From the NCBI GenBank assembly GCA_903837605.1, contig CAILVF010000012.1, positions 15,679-79,678 on the forward strand: DNA of 64,000 bases, read 5' to 3'. Positions 55,080 to 64,000 of the stretch are shown one piece after another (position 1 is the stretch's first letter; each line of letters starts with the position of its first letter). The position numbers and the translations under genes were made by a program. The notes below the pieces were generated by a model, which was given only the letters and a program-made list of their open reading frames with translations, searched no databases and had not been told where the DNA came from. The stretch comes from an uncultured Bacteroidales bacterium (GTDB lineage: Bacteria; Bacteroidota; Bacteroidia; Bacteroidales; FEN-979).

Positions 55080-56390
55080 TTAAAAAGCCCGGATAGCCCG
55101 AACTGCGTAGGGATAGTACTTTTGCCAGTAAGATGTTATTCCGTTGACCATGTCTACGGCAAGAGCGTAACCTTCTCCCCCTATCTCAGTGTATTCAGAG
55201 GAACTCCAGTACCAGTATGTATTGATTTGGGTAAAACCTTGAACAGCATATCTTTTGTCGAATAATTTTAAAAGTTCTTCGGCGGTTGGTAAAAACCAGT
55301 CGTTATATCCGTTTAAATAAAGATCATAGCAAACACCGGCTGCAATTCCCGGTTCGCTGCATCCGCTCACGATCGCATTGGTACTTGAACGCCCATAGCC
55401 GATGGATTCGCTTGTGCCGCCAATCCACTGGATTGCAGGACAACCCCAATCAGTCAGATTTTCCTGATCTGTATAGGAGGCAATCAGGCCGTGAGTCTCT
55501 CCCGCTACATAACCATTATCGCCGGGTTGATAGATGTAAAAAATAATTCCACCCTGGTATGGCATCCCCGGATAAAACATGGATTGGTTCAGGGTGGTCG
55601 CCGGGGATACGTCGCAGGTATTATAGGCCCACACATACCGGGTATAGGTATTCGTATTGCTTAGTCCTGTTTCAGTATATGATGTATTATTTCCCACGTC
55701 AATTGCAGTAGAGTCCGTCGAGAAATTATTAGTAGTATTCCATTTGTACCCGGTTGCGCCTTCCACGGCCTGCCAGTTCCATACGATCTGGTTTGCTGAA
55801 GGGACATTGGTTCCTGCGACAGGCGAATTAACCTGAATCAAGGAAGTGGCTTGATTGAGGGTTGTTACAGCTGAGGTCCCGCAGGCAAAATATGCCCATA
55901 TGTACCTGAAATATTCGGTATTGCATACAAGTCCTGTTTCAGTCCTGGTGATGACTGTTCCAATGTCTGTTGCCGTGCTGTAGTTATTGGTGTCATTCCA
56001 TTTGTAGCCAACAGCGTTGGCCACGGAATTCCAGTTCCATATGATCTGGTTCCCTGAAGGTACAGGAGTGCCTGCAACCGGTGCAGGTGTACTGCAAGGG
56101 GTAAAGGTAATCCAGCCGCTGCCTGAAAAGAAGATGGATAATTCCCCGACAGTACTGCAGTCGGTGCAGATGACTATCAGGCCGTTTGCAGGACTGGCAA
56201 TGGCATTCCGTTCCTGCATTGTCATGCGTGGCGGAAGAAAACCCTTATCGGTAAATTTCACATCCAGTCCGGCCGATGGATCGGGCGGGCTGTTGTCAGT
56301 GTTAATTCCAACCTGGGCAGAGGTTTGGATGGTCATGAACAGCAAAATTCCGATCAGGTAAAAAAGTATGGTTTTCGTTTTCATAATCAT
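55080..56390 (-). CDS. secreted 2 x Fn3 + DUF1566-like protein, tandem paralog 2 of 3
   Basis: It has the same N-module and C-terminal GYNDWFLPTAEEL...YWSSSEY...VRAIRAF. It carries two Fn3-like units (IIWNWNSVANAVGYKW and IVWNWQAVEGATGYKW). Confidence 0.7.
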   Translation of the reverse strand: MIMKTKTILFYLIGILLFMTIQTSAQVGINTDNSPPDPSAGLDVKFTDKGFLPPRMTMQERNAIASPANGLIVICTDCSTVGELSIFFSGSGWITFTPCSTPAPVAGTPVPSGNQIIWNWNSVANAVGYKWNDTNNYSTATDIGTVITRTETGLVCNTEYFRYIWAYFACGTSAVTTLNQATSLIQVNSPVAGTNVPSANQIVWNWQAVEGATGYKWNTTNNFSTDSTAIDVGNNTSYTETGLSNTNTYTRYVWAYNTCDVSPATTLNQSMFYPGMPYQGGIIFYIYQPGDNGYVAGETHGLIASYTDQENLTDWGCPAIQWIGGTSESIGYGRSSTNAIVSGCSEPGIAAGVCYDLYLNGYNDWFLPTAEELLKLFDKRYAVQGFTQINTYWYWSSSEYTEIGGEGYALAVDMVNGITSYWQKYYPYAVRAIRAF

Positions 56391-56438
56391 TCTGGTTTAT
56401 CCATTGTCAGATCACTATTTTTTCTTCAGAGGATCATC

Positions 56439-57476
56439 TTAAAATGCACGTATAGCCCTGGTATTATTAATAGTCATATATGGAATGCGCATCTTATTGG
56501 TAATGTCCCACTCTCCATTGTACATGAATACCGACCATGCATTCTTAGCATCGTATTCAGAAGAACTCCAGTATTCCTTATCATGAAAACCCCCGACAGC
56601 GCCTTTTTGCAGGAACAACTGGTTAAGTTCTTCTTTAGAGGGTAAATACCAATCGCTGTAACCGTTCAAAACAAGGCTGGCGCATACCTGGGCAGCATGC
56701 GGGTTCTCAGTATAGCTGCAGCCGTTTACGATCAGGGTTGTATTTGCCAGCCCTTTGCCAATGGCGGTTGATGTGCCGCCTAGAAAGCTCGCATCACAAC
56801 CCCAACCTGCCGAATTACTCTGGTCGAAGGGAGCAGCTACCAATCCGTGCAATTCCCCCGCAACATAGCCTGAATCACCGGGTTTATACAAGTAGAAAAA
56901 TATTCCCCCCTGGTAACTCATTCCCGGGTAGAGCAATGCCTGGTTGAGGGTAGTGGCCGAAGAAACTCCGCAATTGTTGTATGCCCAGACGTACCTGGTA
57001 TAGGTACTGCCTGCGATAAGTCCGGTGTCGATTTTTGAGGTTTTTATTCCCATGTCGACAGCCGTATTGTAGTCATTGGTGGTATTCCATTTATACCCGG
57101 TTGCATTCGGAGCTGCATTCCAGTTCCATATGATCTGGGTTCCCGTTGGATCTTGTGTGCCGGCCTGGGGGGCGGGCGGATTGCAGAGAGTCACGTTCAC
57201 CCAGTTCCCAGAAAGAAACACGCACATTGCCCCGATGGTCCCGCAGTCGGTGCAGATAACCATCAGCCCGTTTGCGGGGTTGGCAATGGCACTAAGTTCC
57301 TGCATTGTCATGCGCGGCATGAGAAAACCTTTATTTGTAAATCTCACATCCAATCCTGCCGAAGGATCGGCTGGGCCGTTATTGGAGTTAATCCCGATCT
57401 GGGCAAAGTTTTGAATGGTCATGAACATCAAAATTCCAATCAGGTAAAAAAGTATAATTTTCTTTTTCATAATCAT
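56439..57476 (-). CDS. secreted Fn3 + DUF1566-like protein, tandem paralog 3 of 3
   Basis: It has the same N-module (IGINSNNGPADPSAGLDVRFTNKGFLMPRMT) and one Fn3-like unit. C-terminal GYSDWYLPSKEEL...YWSSSEY...TRAIRAF. Confidence 0.7.
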   Translation of the reverse strand: MIMKKKIILFYLIGILMFMTIQNFAQIGINSNNGPADPSAGLDVRFTNKGFLMPRMTMQELSAIANPANGLMVICTDCGTIGAMCVFLSGNWVNVTLCNPPAPQAGTQDPTGTQIIWNWNAAPNATGYKWNTTNDYNTAVDMGIKTSKIDTGLIAGSTYTRYVWAYNNCGVSSATTLNQALLYPGMSYQGGIFFYLYKPGDSGYVAGELHGLVAAPFDQSNSAGWGCDASFLGGTSTAIGKGLANTTLIVNGCSYTENPHAAQVCASLVLNGYSDWYLPSKEELNQLFLQKGAVGGFHDKEYWSSSEYDAKNAWSVFMYNGEWDITNKMRIPYMTINNTRAIRAF

Positions 57477-57612
57477 TTTGGTTTATCCATTGTCCAGTCA
57501 TTATTTATTTGCGGGCTGTTATTTAAAAAAAAAAATTCCGAGCGGCTTTACAAACCTTAAATATAGTGTAAATTTCAGTAATCTGTTCACTTGACTTTCC
57601 CTATAATTGTTG

Positions 57613-57620
57613 TATATTTG
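57613..57620 (+). promoter_or_regulatory. Bacteroidota -7 promoter motif (TAnnTTTG), with an upstream TTG at 57591
   Basis: Exact TATATTTG lies 66 nt upstream of the ATG at 57686. TTGAC begins 22 nt upstream of the motif. Confidence 0.4.
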
Positions 57621-57685
57621 GTAAAATCACAATTGAATTCGTAATCTGTTCGGGAGAGAATATAAACACGGTAAAACATGATCTT

Positions 57686-59755
57686 ATGAACATGCAAAAA
57701 TCACCACACGGCATTTCATACAAATCTCTGCTCATTCTGGCAGGCATGCTCATTGTTTCAGGGGTTCAGCCTTTTCAGGTATCTGCACAGGAAGTCAATA
57801 TCGGAAGCGGAGCCTGCCTGGTCAACAGCGGAACAATGGTCGTGGTGAATAATGCCGGAATTGTAAACACCGGCACAATCACAAACATTGCCACGGGAGC
57901 TATCAGTCTATCCGGCAACTGGCAAAACGATGGCGTGTATTCCGGGGCAGCTGGCAGCACTGTGGCGCTCGAAGGCGATTCGGCCCAAACCATTGGAGGG
58001 GCCAATGCCACTACCTTCAGCAATCTCACCCTGAACAACAGCAGCGGGTTCACTCTCCTGAATAACATCGGTGTAAACGGGATCCTTGATTTCCAGGGCG
58101 GACTGCTTACTACCGGGAACTTTCTTGTTACCATAGGTTCGGCAGGCAGCATCAGCGGTGCAGGAGCCAGCCAGTATGTTAATGGCAAACTGGCCGTGAC
58201 CTATGGAGCTCCGGCTTCAAAATTTTTCCCTGTCGGCAAAGGAGGTAACTATCATCCGCTAACGCTGCAATATACCAGTATAACCGGAACCAGCGTGGTG
58301 ACAGCCGAACAGTTTGAGACACCCCTGACAGGCGCTCTGCCTTCAGGAATTACCTTGCTCACCACCAACCGCTCCTGGACTATCACTCAAACGGGAGGCA
58401 GCAGCCTTCAGTATTTCTTAACACTCGATCCGATAGGGCTGACCCCCACTCATTCGGTTATGATGCTTAAACAAGATGCCGGCACTATCGCCTCTTTTGC
58501 CACAAACTCTCCTTACTATACCAACACCGGAGCTCTGACCACCTTCAGCGAATTCGGTCTTGGCGAAGGCCAGGGGTATAATTTGATGGGGTCATTCAGA
58601 TACCCCAATTCAGCCCACACCCCGCTTGATTCAACCGGGGTCATCATTAAACAAAACAACATCCCGCTTGATGCCACACTCACAGGCCAGGCAGGTTCAT
58701 TTGCTTTCTCCAATAAAACAAACGGGACTTATACAATCAGCGCGTCGACTACCAGACCCTGGTCGGGCGTCAACGCTACGGATGCCCTTAAAGTGCGACG
58801 GCATTATACAGGTATTGAAACTCTGACAGAACCGGTCAGGCTGCAGGCAGCCGATGTGGACAATAATAATCTGATCAATGACAAGGATGAGATCAAGATC
58901 AAACGGAGGTTCGCGGGACTCGATAACTACTTCGAACACGGCGACTGGACCTTTGCCAAACCTACGGGAGGGGATACCGTGATTATCAGCGGTTCACATG
59001 TCAACCAGAATTTTTACGGCCTTTGTGTCGGCGATGTAACCGGGTCCAACATTCCTGGAACAGGATCAACAGGCTCAGGATTCCTGGCCCTTGTATACAA
59101 CGATACAATCAAAGCATCTCCGGGTGAGGTGATAGAAATTCCGCTGAAGGTTACAAGTGAAGCCATTATCGGGGCCATTTCGATAGTTGCAGCTTATCCC
59201 GGTAACCTGATGCAGGTCAACGATGTTAAGATCCAGGAGGGGACACCGTATTATACGGGCAATAATGGACTGCGGATGGCATGGTCGGAAGCCAGTCCGC
59301 TGTCACTCAGCAAGGATCAAACAATGATTACTCTGGTTGTGAAAATATCAGAACAATTTTCAAAAAACGACCAGATCAGACTTACGCTCGACAAGGAATC
59401 CGAAATAGCCAATTCCGAAGGCGTTGCATTTGACACCCTGATACTGAATTTCCCAATGATAATTTACAAATACGGTGAAGGCATGGAAGATAATAAGCCG
59501 GCGACGAAGTTTGAAGTTTACCCTGTCCCAAACAACGGAGAGTTCAACGCTGAAATCACATCCGCAGACCAAAAAATATTTTCAATCCGTATCTATAACC
59601 AGCTGGGACAGGTCATCCGCGAAGTAAAAGACATCATTGTTAAAGGAAAGAAAATCCAGCGATTCGAACAGGGCAATCTGCCAAACGGAATTTACACGGT
59701 GGTCCTGCGAAACGAAACAGGCTCTGAAACCAGGAAGATAGTGATCAAACATTAA
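57686..59755 (+). CDS. T9SS-secreted protein carrying the same CarboxypepD_reg / dockerin-like / cohesin-like / CTD module as the giant adhesin
   Basis: Signal peptide. Gly/Asn-rich N-terminal half. The C-terminal ~390 aa are colinear with 13200..14400, for example GDWTFAKPT.GGDT(V/I)II.GS.V.QNFYGLCVGDV.GSNIPG and SPGEVIEIPL(K/R)VT. It ends FEVYPVPNNGEF...GIYTVVL. Confidence 0.75.
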   Translation: MNMQKSPHGISYKSLLILAGMLIVSGVQPFQVSAQEVNIGSGACLVNSGTMVVVNNAGIVNTGTITNIATGAISLSGNWQNDGVYSGAAGSTVALEGDSAQTIGGANATTFSNLTLNNSSGFTLLNNIGVNGILDFQGGLLTTGNFLVTIGSAGSISGAGASQYVNGKLAVTYGAPASKFFPVGKGGNYHPLTLQYTSITGTSVVTAEQFETPLTGALPSGITLLTTNRSWTITQTGGSSLQYFLTLDPIGLTPTHSVMMLKQDAGTIASFATNSPYYTNTGALTTFSEFGLGEGQGYNLMGSFRYPNSAHTPLDSTGVIIKQNNIPLDATLTGQAGSFAFSNKTNGTYTISASTTRPWSGVNATDALKVRRHYTGIETLTEPVRLQAADVDNNNLINDKDEIKIKRRFAGLDNYFEHGDWTFAKPTGGDTVIISGSHVNQNFYGLCVGDVTGSNIPGTGSTGSGFLALVYNDTIKASPGEVIEIPLKVTSEAIIGAISIVAAYPGNLMQVNDVKIQEGTPYYTGNNGLRMAWSEASPLSLSKDQTMITLVVKISEQFSKNDQIRLTLDKESEIANSEGVAFDTLILNFPMIIYKYGEGMEDNKPATKFEVYPVPNNGEFNAEITSADQKIFSIRIYNQLGQVIREVKDIIVKGKKIQRFEQGNLPNGIYTVVLRNETGSETRKIVIKH

Positions 59756-59786
59756 GCGGGTCAGGGCACAATTTCTTTGCGCGTTC

Positions 59787-60878
59787 TCACCTGTTAATGG
59801 TGAAGGTATCGAACACGATATAAGCCCCGGTGTTGCCCTTGTAACTGTTGACCGTTACGGTGCTGCCCGAGATGTCAATAACGCTGAAGTAATAGGTCAG
59901 GCTGTCGTTGTGCACATTCCAGGAGGCTCTGATGGCCGGATCGATGGAAGTAGTCTCAACGTGAGTGCCGCAGGTGCCATTCAGAAGCTGAACAACATTG
60001 TTCTGCCACGATGGAGTCGGTGGTATGGTCTGCGGATTAGGGGCCACGCTGCTGTCGATGGTCTTCCGGGAATAGAGATGCGAATGTCCGCAGGCGTATA
60101 AGTCGAACTTGTTGGCGTCAAGGAATGCCCAGAGCTCTGTATAGGTCTTGTTGGCCGCGGATGGCTCTTCAGGGTCGTGGTTTACATAGTAATAGGGTGA
60201 ATGGATGAACAGGAATTTATGCGTTGCCCTGGTTTGGGCCACCTGTGTTTTTAACCATGACATCTGGGTGGAATCGATGTTGCCCCCCACTGTCGAGTCT
60301 TTGTAGGTGTGGGTCAGGTAATAGGCGTCCAGTACGGCGAAAAAGGAGTTGCCGCCCGGGGAAGTGAAGGAATAAGTCAGGTGCTGGTAGCCTGGAGGCC
60401 CGTTGGAAGGGTTTTCCGAAAACACTTGCTGGAACTCCTGCTGGTTCCCGAGATTGAAACCCGAATCAGAGCTTGATAAATAAAGCTCATGATTGCCAAG
60501 GGCGGTATACAAGGGTATTCCATTTGAAGTCAGGGGTGCGAACAGGTCTTTCCATGCCTGGAAGGTATATGTGGAATTGATATAGCCGCTGTAAGACATA
60601 TCTCCGCCGAACATAACGAAGGACGGCTTGGGCGACAAGGCACCGACCTGGCCGATGATGGCATTCAGTACCGGTGTGTTCACCTGATCCAGAGTCGATG
60701 TGCCGCGGCAATCGGCCATGAATACGAAACGAAGCGTTTCTCCTGTTCCTGACTGTTGCTCCGACTTGTGTGTGCAGCCTCCGCCCAGCGTCACCACAAT
60801 AAAAAAAAGTACCGTCACTGCTGTTATCCTGAGGTGGCTTTTCACGATCCGGGATGTGACCTTTAATAGATTTGTCAT
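59787..60878 (-). CDS. calcineurin-like metallophosphoesterase (secreted or lipoprotein)
   Basis: Motifs FVFMADCRG, FGGDMSY, LGNHE, FIHSP and CGHSHLY appear in canonical order. The N-terminal hydrophobic segment ends GGGC. Confidence 0.8.
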   Translation of the reverse strand: MTNLLKVTSRIVKSHLRITAVTVLFFIVVTLGGGCTHKSEQQSGTGETLRFVFMADCRGTSTLDQVNTPVLNAIIGQVGALSPKPSFVMFGGDMSYSGYINSTYTFQAWKDLFAPLTSNGIPLYTALGNHELYLSSSDSGFNLGNQQEFQQVFSENPSNGPPGYQHLTYSFTSPGGNSFFAVLDAYYLTHTYKDSTVGGNIDSTQMSWLKTQVAQTRATHKFLFIHSPYYYVNHDPEEPSAANKTYTELWAFLDANKFDLYACGHSHLYSRKTIDSSVAPNPQTIPPTPSWQNNVVQLLNGTCGTHVETTSIDPAIRASWNVHNDSLTYYFSVIDISGSTVTVNSYKGNTGAYIVFDTFTINR

Positions 60879-61184
60879 AGCTTTCTTCCTTTCTTCAGTT
60901 TGAAACCTTTAACCTTAAGTTTGAATCTTAAGGATATCCTTAACGGGTATGTTTATCTCAGTCCCTAACAAATGTATGAATAATGGCCGCGCCATTTTCA
61001 GGAAAAAGAAAATACTGTCTCAGCACTGTACGGATAGAAAAAAATTTTGGAGATTGGTTTTACCCTGGATAGTAAACTTCATCGGCCTGTCCGGTTTCTC
61101 AAAGGTTTATTCCATACATTCAAATCATTATTAAACGAACAAAAAATTAAGTATTTTTACTATAAATATCAAAACCTCAACCCA

Positions 61185-62096
61185 ATGAAAAAACCTGTCA
61201 GAATTATTTCTTTTGTGTTACTCATGGGAGTAATTGCATTAAATTCCTGTAAAGCCCCAGGGCCCGGGAACGACGAGAAAGATAAAGCAGCTGTTGCCGA
61301 TACAATTTCCAGGCTGATGACGGAAGTAACCAATTATGCAAATCAGCTGAATGCCGATTCTACGTTTAAATACCTGAGTTCCGATAGTTCTTCGATATTT
61401 ATGTCGGCAGGCATGCATTATTCGCATGGCAACCTTTACAGCGTGTTCAGAAACCTTTACAGCAGGCTTAAAAGTCAGCAGATATCAGTCGTTTCTTCAA
61501 TAGTCAAAGTTCCTGCGCCGGATGTCGCAGTCTGGATAGGTTTTCTGAAGAACAGCTATATCACCAGGGCAGATCAGGTGTTCGACGGCTGGCTCTGCGA
61601 AACCTGGATATGGCAGCGTAAAACGGATGGCTGGAAGGTGATCCATTACCATGAATCTATCCTGAGTGCCCCTTCACCCGATCAGAAAAAACTGGTGGAA
61701 ACCGCCCTGGGTAAGCTGGCAGGAGAACTTGCAGTGAAATCATTAAAACCTGAAGACATGATGCCTTTGCTTACTGAATACCTGAAGAAATATCCTTTGG
61801 TGTATGGAACCACCTTGGCCTTTGCACCTTTCGAATCAAATGGGAAGAGCATTAAAAGAGCTCCTTATTTCTATCGTTCCGGCAGTGAATTCAAACAGGT
61901 TAACCTGCCTGAAGCATATGATTACACTGCAAGCGAATGGTATGCCGTCCCGGTCCGTACCAAAGCGCCCTTCTGGAGTAGTCCATATTATGACGACGGA
62001 GGCGGTGGTGTTGTGATGATCACATATTCCATCCCGTTGTACGGTAAAGACAATGTCCTGACAGGAGTGCTGACCAGCGACCTGGAATTAAAATAA
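61185..62096 (+). CDS. lipoprotein with an NTF2/SnoaL-like N-domain and a Cache-like C-domain
   Basis: The ATG at 61185 gives MKKPVRIISFVLLMGVIALNSCK. W..E.WIWQRK.DGWKVIHYHES is NTF2/DUF4440-like. The C-terminal W(Y)A.P......W(S)SPYYD.....VMITYSIPLY......GVLTSDLEL is Cache-like. Confidence 0.45.
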   Translation: MKKPVRIISFVLLMGVIALNSCKAPGPGNDEKDKAAVADTISRLMTEVTNYANQLNADSTFKYLSSDSSSIFMSAGMHYSHGNLYSVFRNLYSRLKSQQISVVSSIVKVPAPDVAVWIGFLKNSYITRADQVFDGWLCETWIWQRKTDGWKVIHYHESILSAPSPDQKKLVETALGKLAGELAVKSLKPEDMMPLLTEYLKKYPLVYGTTLAFAPFESNGKSIKRAPYFYRSGSEFKQVNLPEAYDYTASEWYAVPVRTKAPFWSSPYYDDGGGGVVMITYSIPLYGKDNVLTGVLTSDLELK

Positions 62097-62226
62097 TAAG
62101 GAATGACCTGCTTATCCTGAATTAGAAAATTGATTATTAAACCAGGAGATAGACAGAGATACGTAAAAATCAAGGCATTTCTTCCAGATGAAATCCTTAA
62201 TTGTCCGGGCCGGTAAAATTAGTACT

Positions 62227-63873
62227 ATGAGACATTTTTGCTTTATATTTCTTTTTCTTTTTTCTCTTGCTTGTTTTTCGCAGGATACGATAACAATAAA
62301 TCTTTATCCGGGAGATACATTTAAAACTATCCCTTCCGATTTTGCCGGTTTGTCGTTCGAGAAGAACAGCCTGAACAAAGGTTTTTTTAGTCCTCACCGT
62401 GATACCTTGATCCGGCTGTTTCAGACATGTGGGATTAAGTCGCTGCGTATCGGAGGAAATTCAGTAGATAGAGACACACTAACCAATGATACAATAAGCA
62501 CGGATACTACATACACACGAGCAGAATTAGACAGTTTATTTCTTTTTGCGCAGAAAGCCGGTTGCAAAATTTTAATGGGTTTAAATTTAAAAGATTCTAA
62601 TTCTTCACTTGCCGATACCGAAGCAAGTTATGTTATGCAATATCAAAATAGTGTGCTGTTTGGATTTGAATTGGGCAACGAGCCCGACCTTTACCGTAAA
62701 TCAACATACACGTATATCGATTATATACAGGATTACATGTCTTATTATAATGCAATCCAGCAATCTAACCCAGCGGCTGTTTTCACCGGACCTGCTTGTG
62801 CCAGTCATCACTATGAATTCACGGAGCCATTCTGCAGGCATATGGATACCATAATATCAATGCTTACGCAACATTATTATGGAGGAGTAAAAAATGCAGC
62901 AACAATTTCTGAGCAGATAGAAACTTTGATGGATACGGGAAAACTTAATTATGTATCAGCTGTGGTAAGGAGTTTGGTTAAGTGTACCGATAACAGCGGG
63001 ATCCCTTTTCGAATGAGTGAATGCAATTCACTTGATGATGGAGGCCAACTGGGCGTGAGTAATTCTTTTGCTTCAGCCCTGTGGGCTTTGGACTTCATGT
63101 ATAAGTTGGCTGAGGATAGTTGTGCAGGAGTTAATTTTCATGGAGCCCTTGATGGATGGTATACTGTTTTTTCAAGGTATGGTAATATTTATCATGCACG
63201 TCCGATTGCCTATGGAATTCTTGCTTTCCAAATTGGGAGCAAAGGCAGGTTCATTGCTGATACGGTAAAGAACAATAATAGAAACCTTAATAGTTATAGT
63301 GTTATTGACAGCTCGAACAATATATATACCACTATCATTAACAAAGAAACAGATACATTGAAAAGTGCGGTGATAAATTTAGCAGTGACAGATACCGCAA
63401 ACGTTAACTATCTAAGTGCAGAATACGTGCAGCTAAGTTCACATTCTTTGAAAGATACAACCAAAGTTATGCTTGGCGGACAGGTGGTAGATTCATTGGG
63501 AACAATTCCTGCTTATACCTGGCTGCCGTTGACAGTTACCTCTCATACGATAAAAATCCCTGTTCCTGCCGGATCAGCTGTTGTGGTAAAATTCAATTAC
63601 CAGAACGTAACTTCGATAATTGATTATTCCGAAAAAAATAAGCACTTTCTCAATCTATATCCCAATCCGGCATCAGATAAAGTAAGCATTATCACTGACA
63701 CGACTGAGCCTTCTGTTATTTTCATTTATAATCTGCAGGGACAAATCCTTTTGCAACAGCAGAAACAACCAGGTAAAACAGACATTGACATAAGTAAACT
63801 TGCAAAAGGAGTTTATATAGTGAGATTATACAGCAACGCCAGGGCAGAAGCAGGCAAGATAATCAAAGAATGA
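62227..63873 (+). CDS. glycoside hydrolase, clan GH-A (GH79/GH30-like), with T9SS C-terminal sorting domain
   Basis: The Met at 62227 starts the signal peptide MRHFCFIFLFLFSLACFSQ. Motifs: LRIGGNSVD, FELGNEPDLY (acid/base Glu in NEP), RMSECNS (candidate nucleophile Glu). C-terminus: LNLYPNPASDKVSII...GVYIVRLYS. Confidence 0.55.
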   Translation: MRHFCFIFLFLFSLACFSQDTITINLYPGDTFKTIPSDFAGLSFEKNSLNKGFFSPHRDTLIRLFQTCGIKSLRIGGNSVDRDTLTNDTISTDTTYTRAELDSLFLFAQKAGCKILMGLNLKDSNSSLADTEASYVMQYQNSVLFGFELGNEPDLYRKSTYTYIDYIQDYMSYYNAIQQSNPAAVFTGPACASHHYEFTEPFCRHMDTIISMLTQHYYGGVKNAATISEQIETLMDTGKLNYVSAVVRSLVKCTDNSGIPFRMSECNSLDDGGQLGVSNSFASALWALDFMYKLAEDSCAGVNFHGALDGWYTVFSRYGNIYHARPIAYGILAFQIGSKGRFIADTVKNNNRNLNSYSVIDSSNNIYTTIINKETDTLKSAVINLAVTDTANVNYLSAEYVQLSSHSLKDTTKVMLGGQVVDSLGTIPAYTWLPLTVTSHTIKIPVPAGSAVVVKFNYQNVTSIIDYSEKNKHFLNLYPNPASDKVSIITDTTEPSVIFIYNLQGQILLQQQKQPGKTDIDISKLAKGVYIVRLYSNARAEAGKIIKE

Positions 63874-64000
63874 AATATTAAATAGGTAAGTTTTATTGTA
63901 ATTTTATTCAATCAATCTTTTGCGCCGATAACCCGCATAGATGTTTACAATTTTAAAAAAAGTCGCATTTCGTAACCTAATCTAAAGCTTTGGTCAATGA

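Noticed and set aside
1-64000. Scan for tRNA/rRNA genes, CRISPR repeats, IS elements, integrases, and phage or defence-system genes.
   Set aside because: No T-loop-like GGTTCGAATCC context occurs in intergenic DNA. There are no short regularly spaced direct repeats. No ORF carries transposase (DDE), tyrosine or serine recombinase, or nuclease/helicase/ATPase defence signatures. The only tandem repeats found are coding.

Overview
The window looks like a Bacteroidota-type accessory region. The evidence is seven ORFs ending in type IX secretion (T9SS) C-terminal sorting domains, lipoprotein or signal-peptide N-termini, and TAnnTTTG promoter-like motifs. I found no rRNA, tRNA, CRISPR array, transposase or integrase.

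The centre (18292-43826, all + strand) is a tightly packed gene train of about 25.5 kb. It encodes an HlyD-type adaptor, two ABC transporters (the first with a catalytically degenerate C39-like domain), a TolC-like outer-membrane factor, and a hybrid assembly line:
- NRPS A-T-C-A-T
- PKS KS-AT-KR-DH-ACP
- a stand-alone MDR enoyl reductase
- NRPS C-A-T-TE
- an Sfp-type PPTase
- a LigB/YgiD-type extradiol dioxygenase

Hand-read specificity residues suggest a non-alpha-amino-acid starter, then Gly, a malonyl-derived reduced C2 unit, and Asp. Pairing a bacteriocin/NHLM-style tripartite exporter that has a dead peptidase domain with a nonribosomal line is the most interesting candidate system here.

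The flanks encode:
- secreted proteases (C10, S8) and two metallophosphoesterases
- a GDPD phosphodiesterase and a delta-60-repeat protein
- two giant beta-helix adhesin-like paralogs
- a cohesin/dockerin-like C-terminal module shared by two proteins
- a cargo-less PID-CTERM-like mini-protein
- a 6 x 20-aa tandem-repeat protein
- a low-GC HEXXH gene
- a tandem triplet of Fn3/DUF1566-like genes

All family calls come from motif reading by eye, not from database searches.
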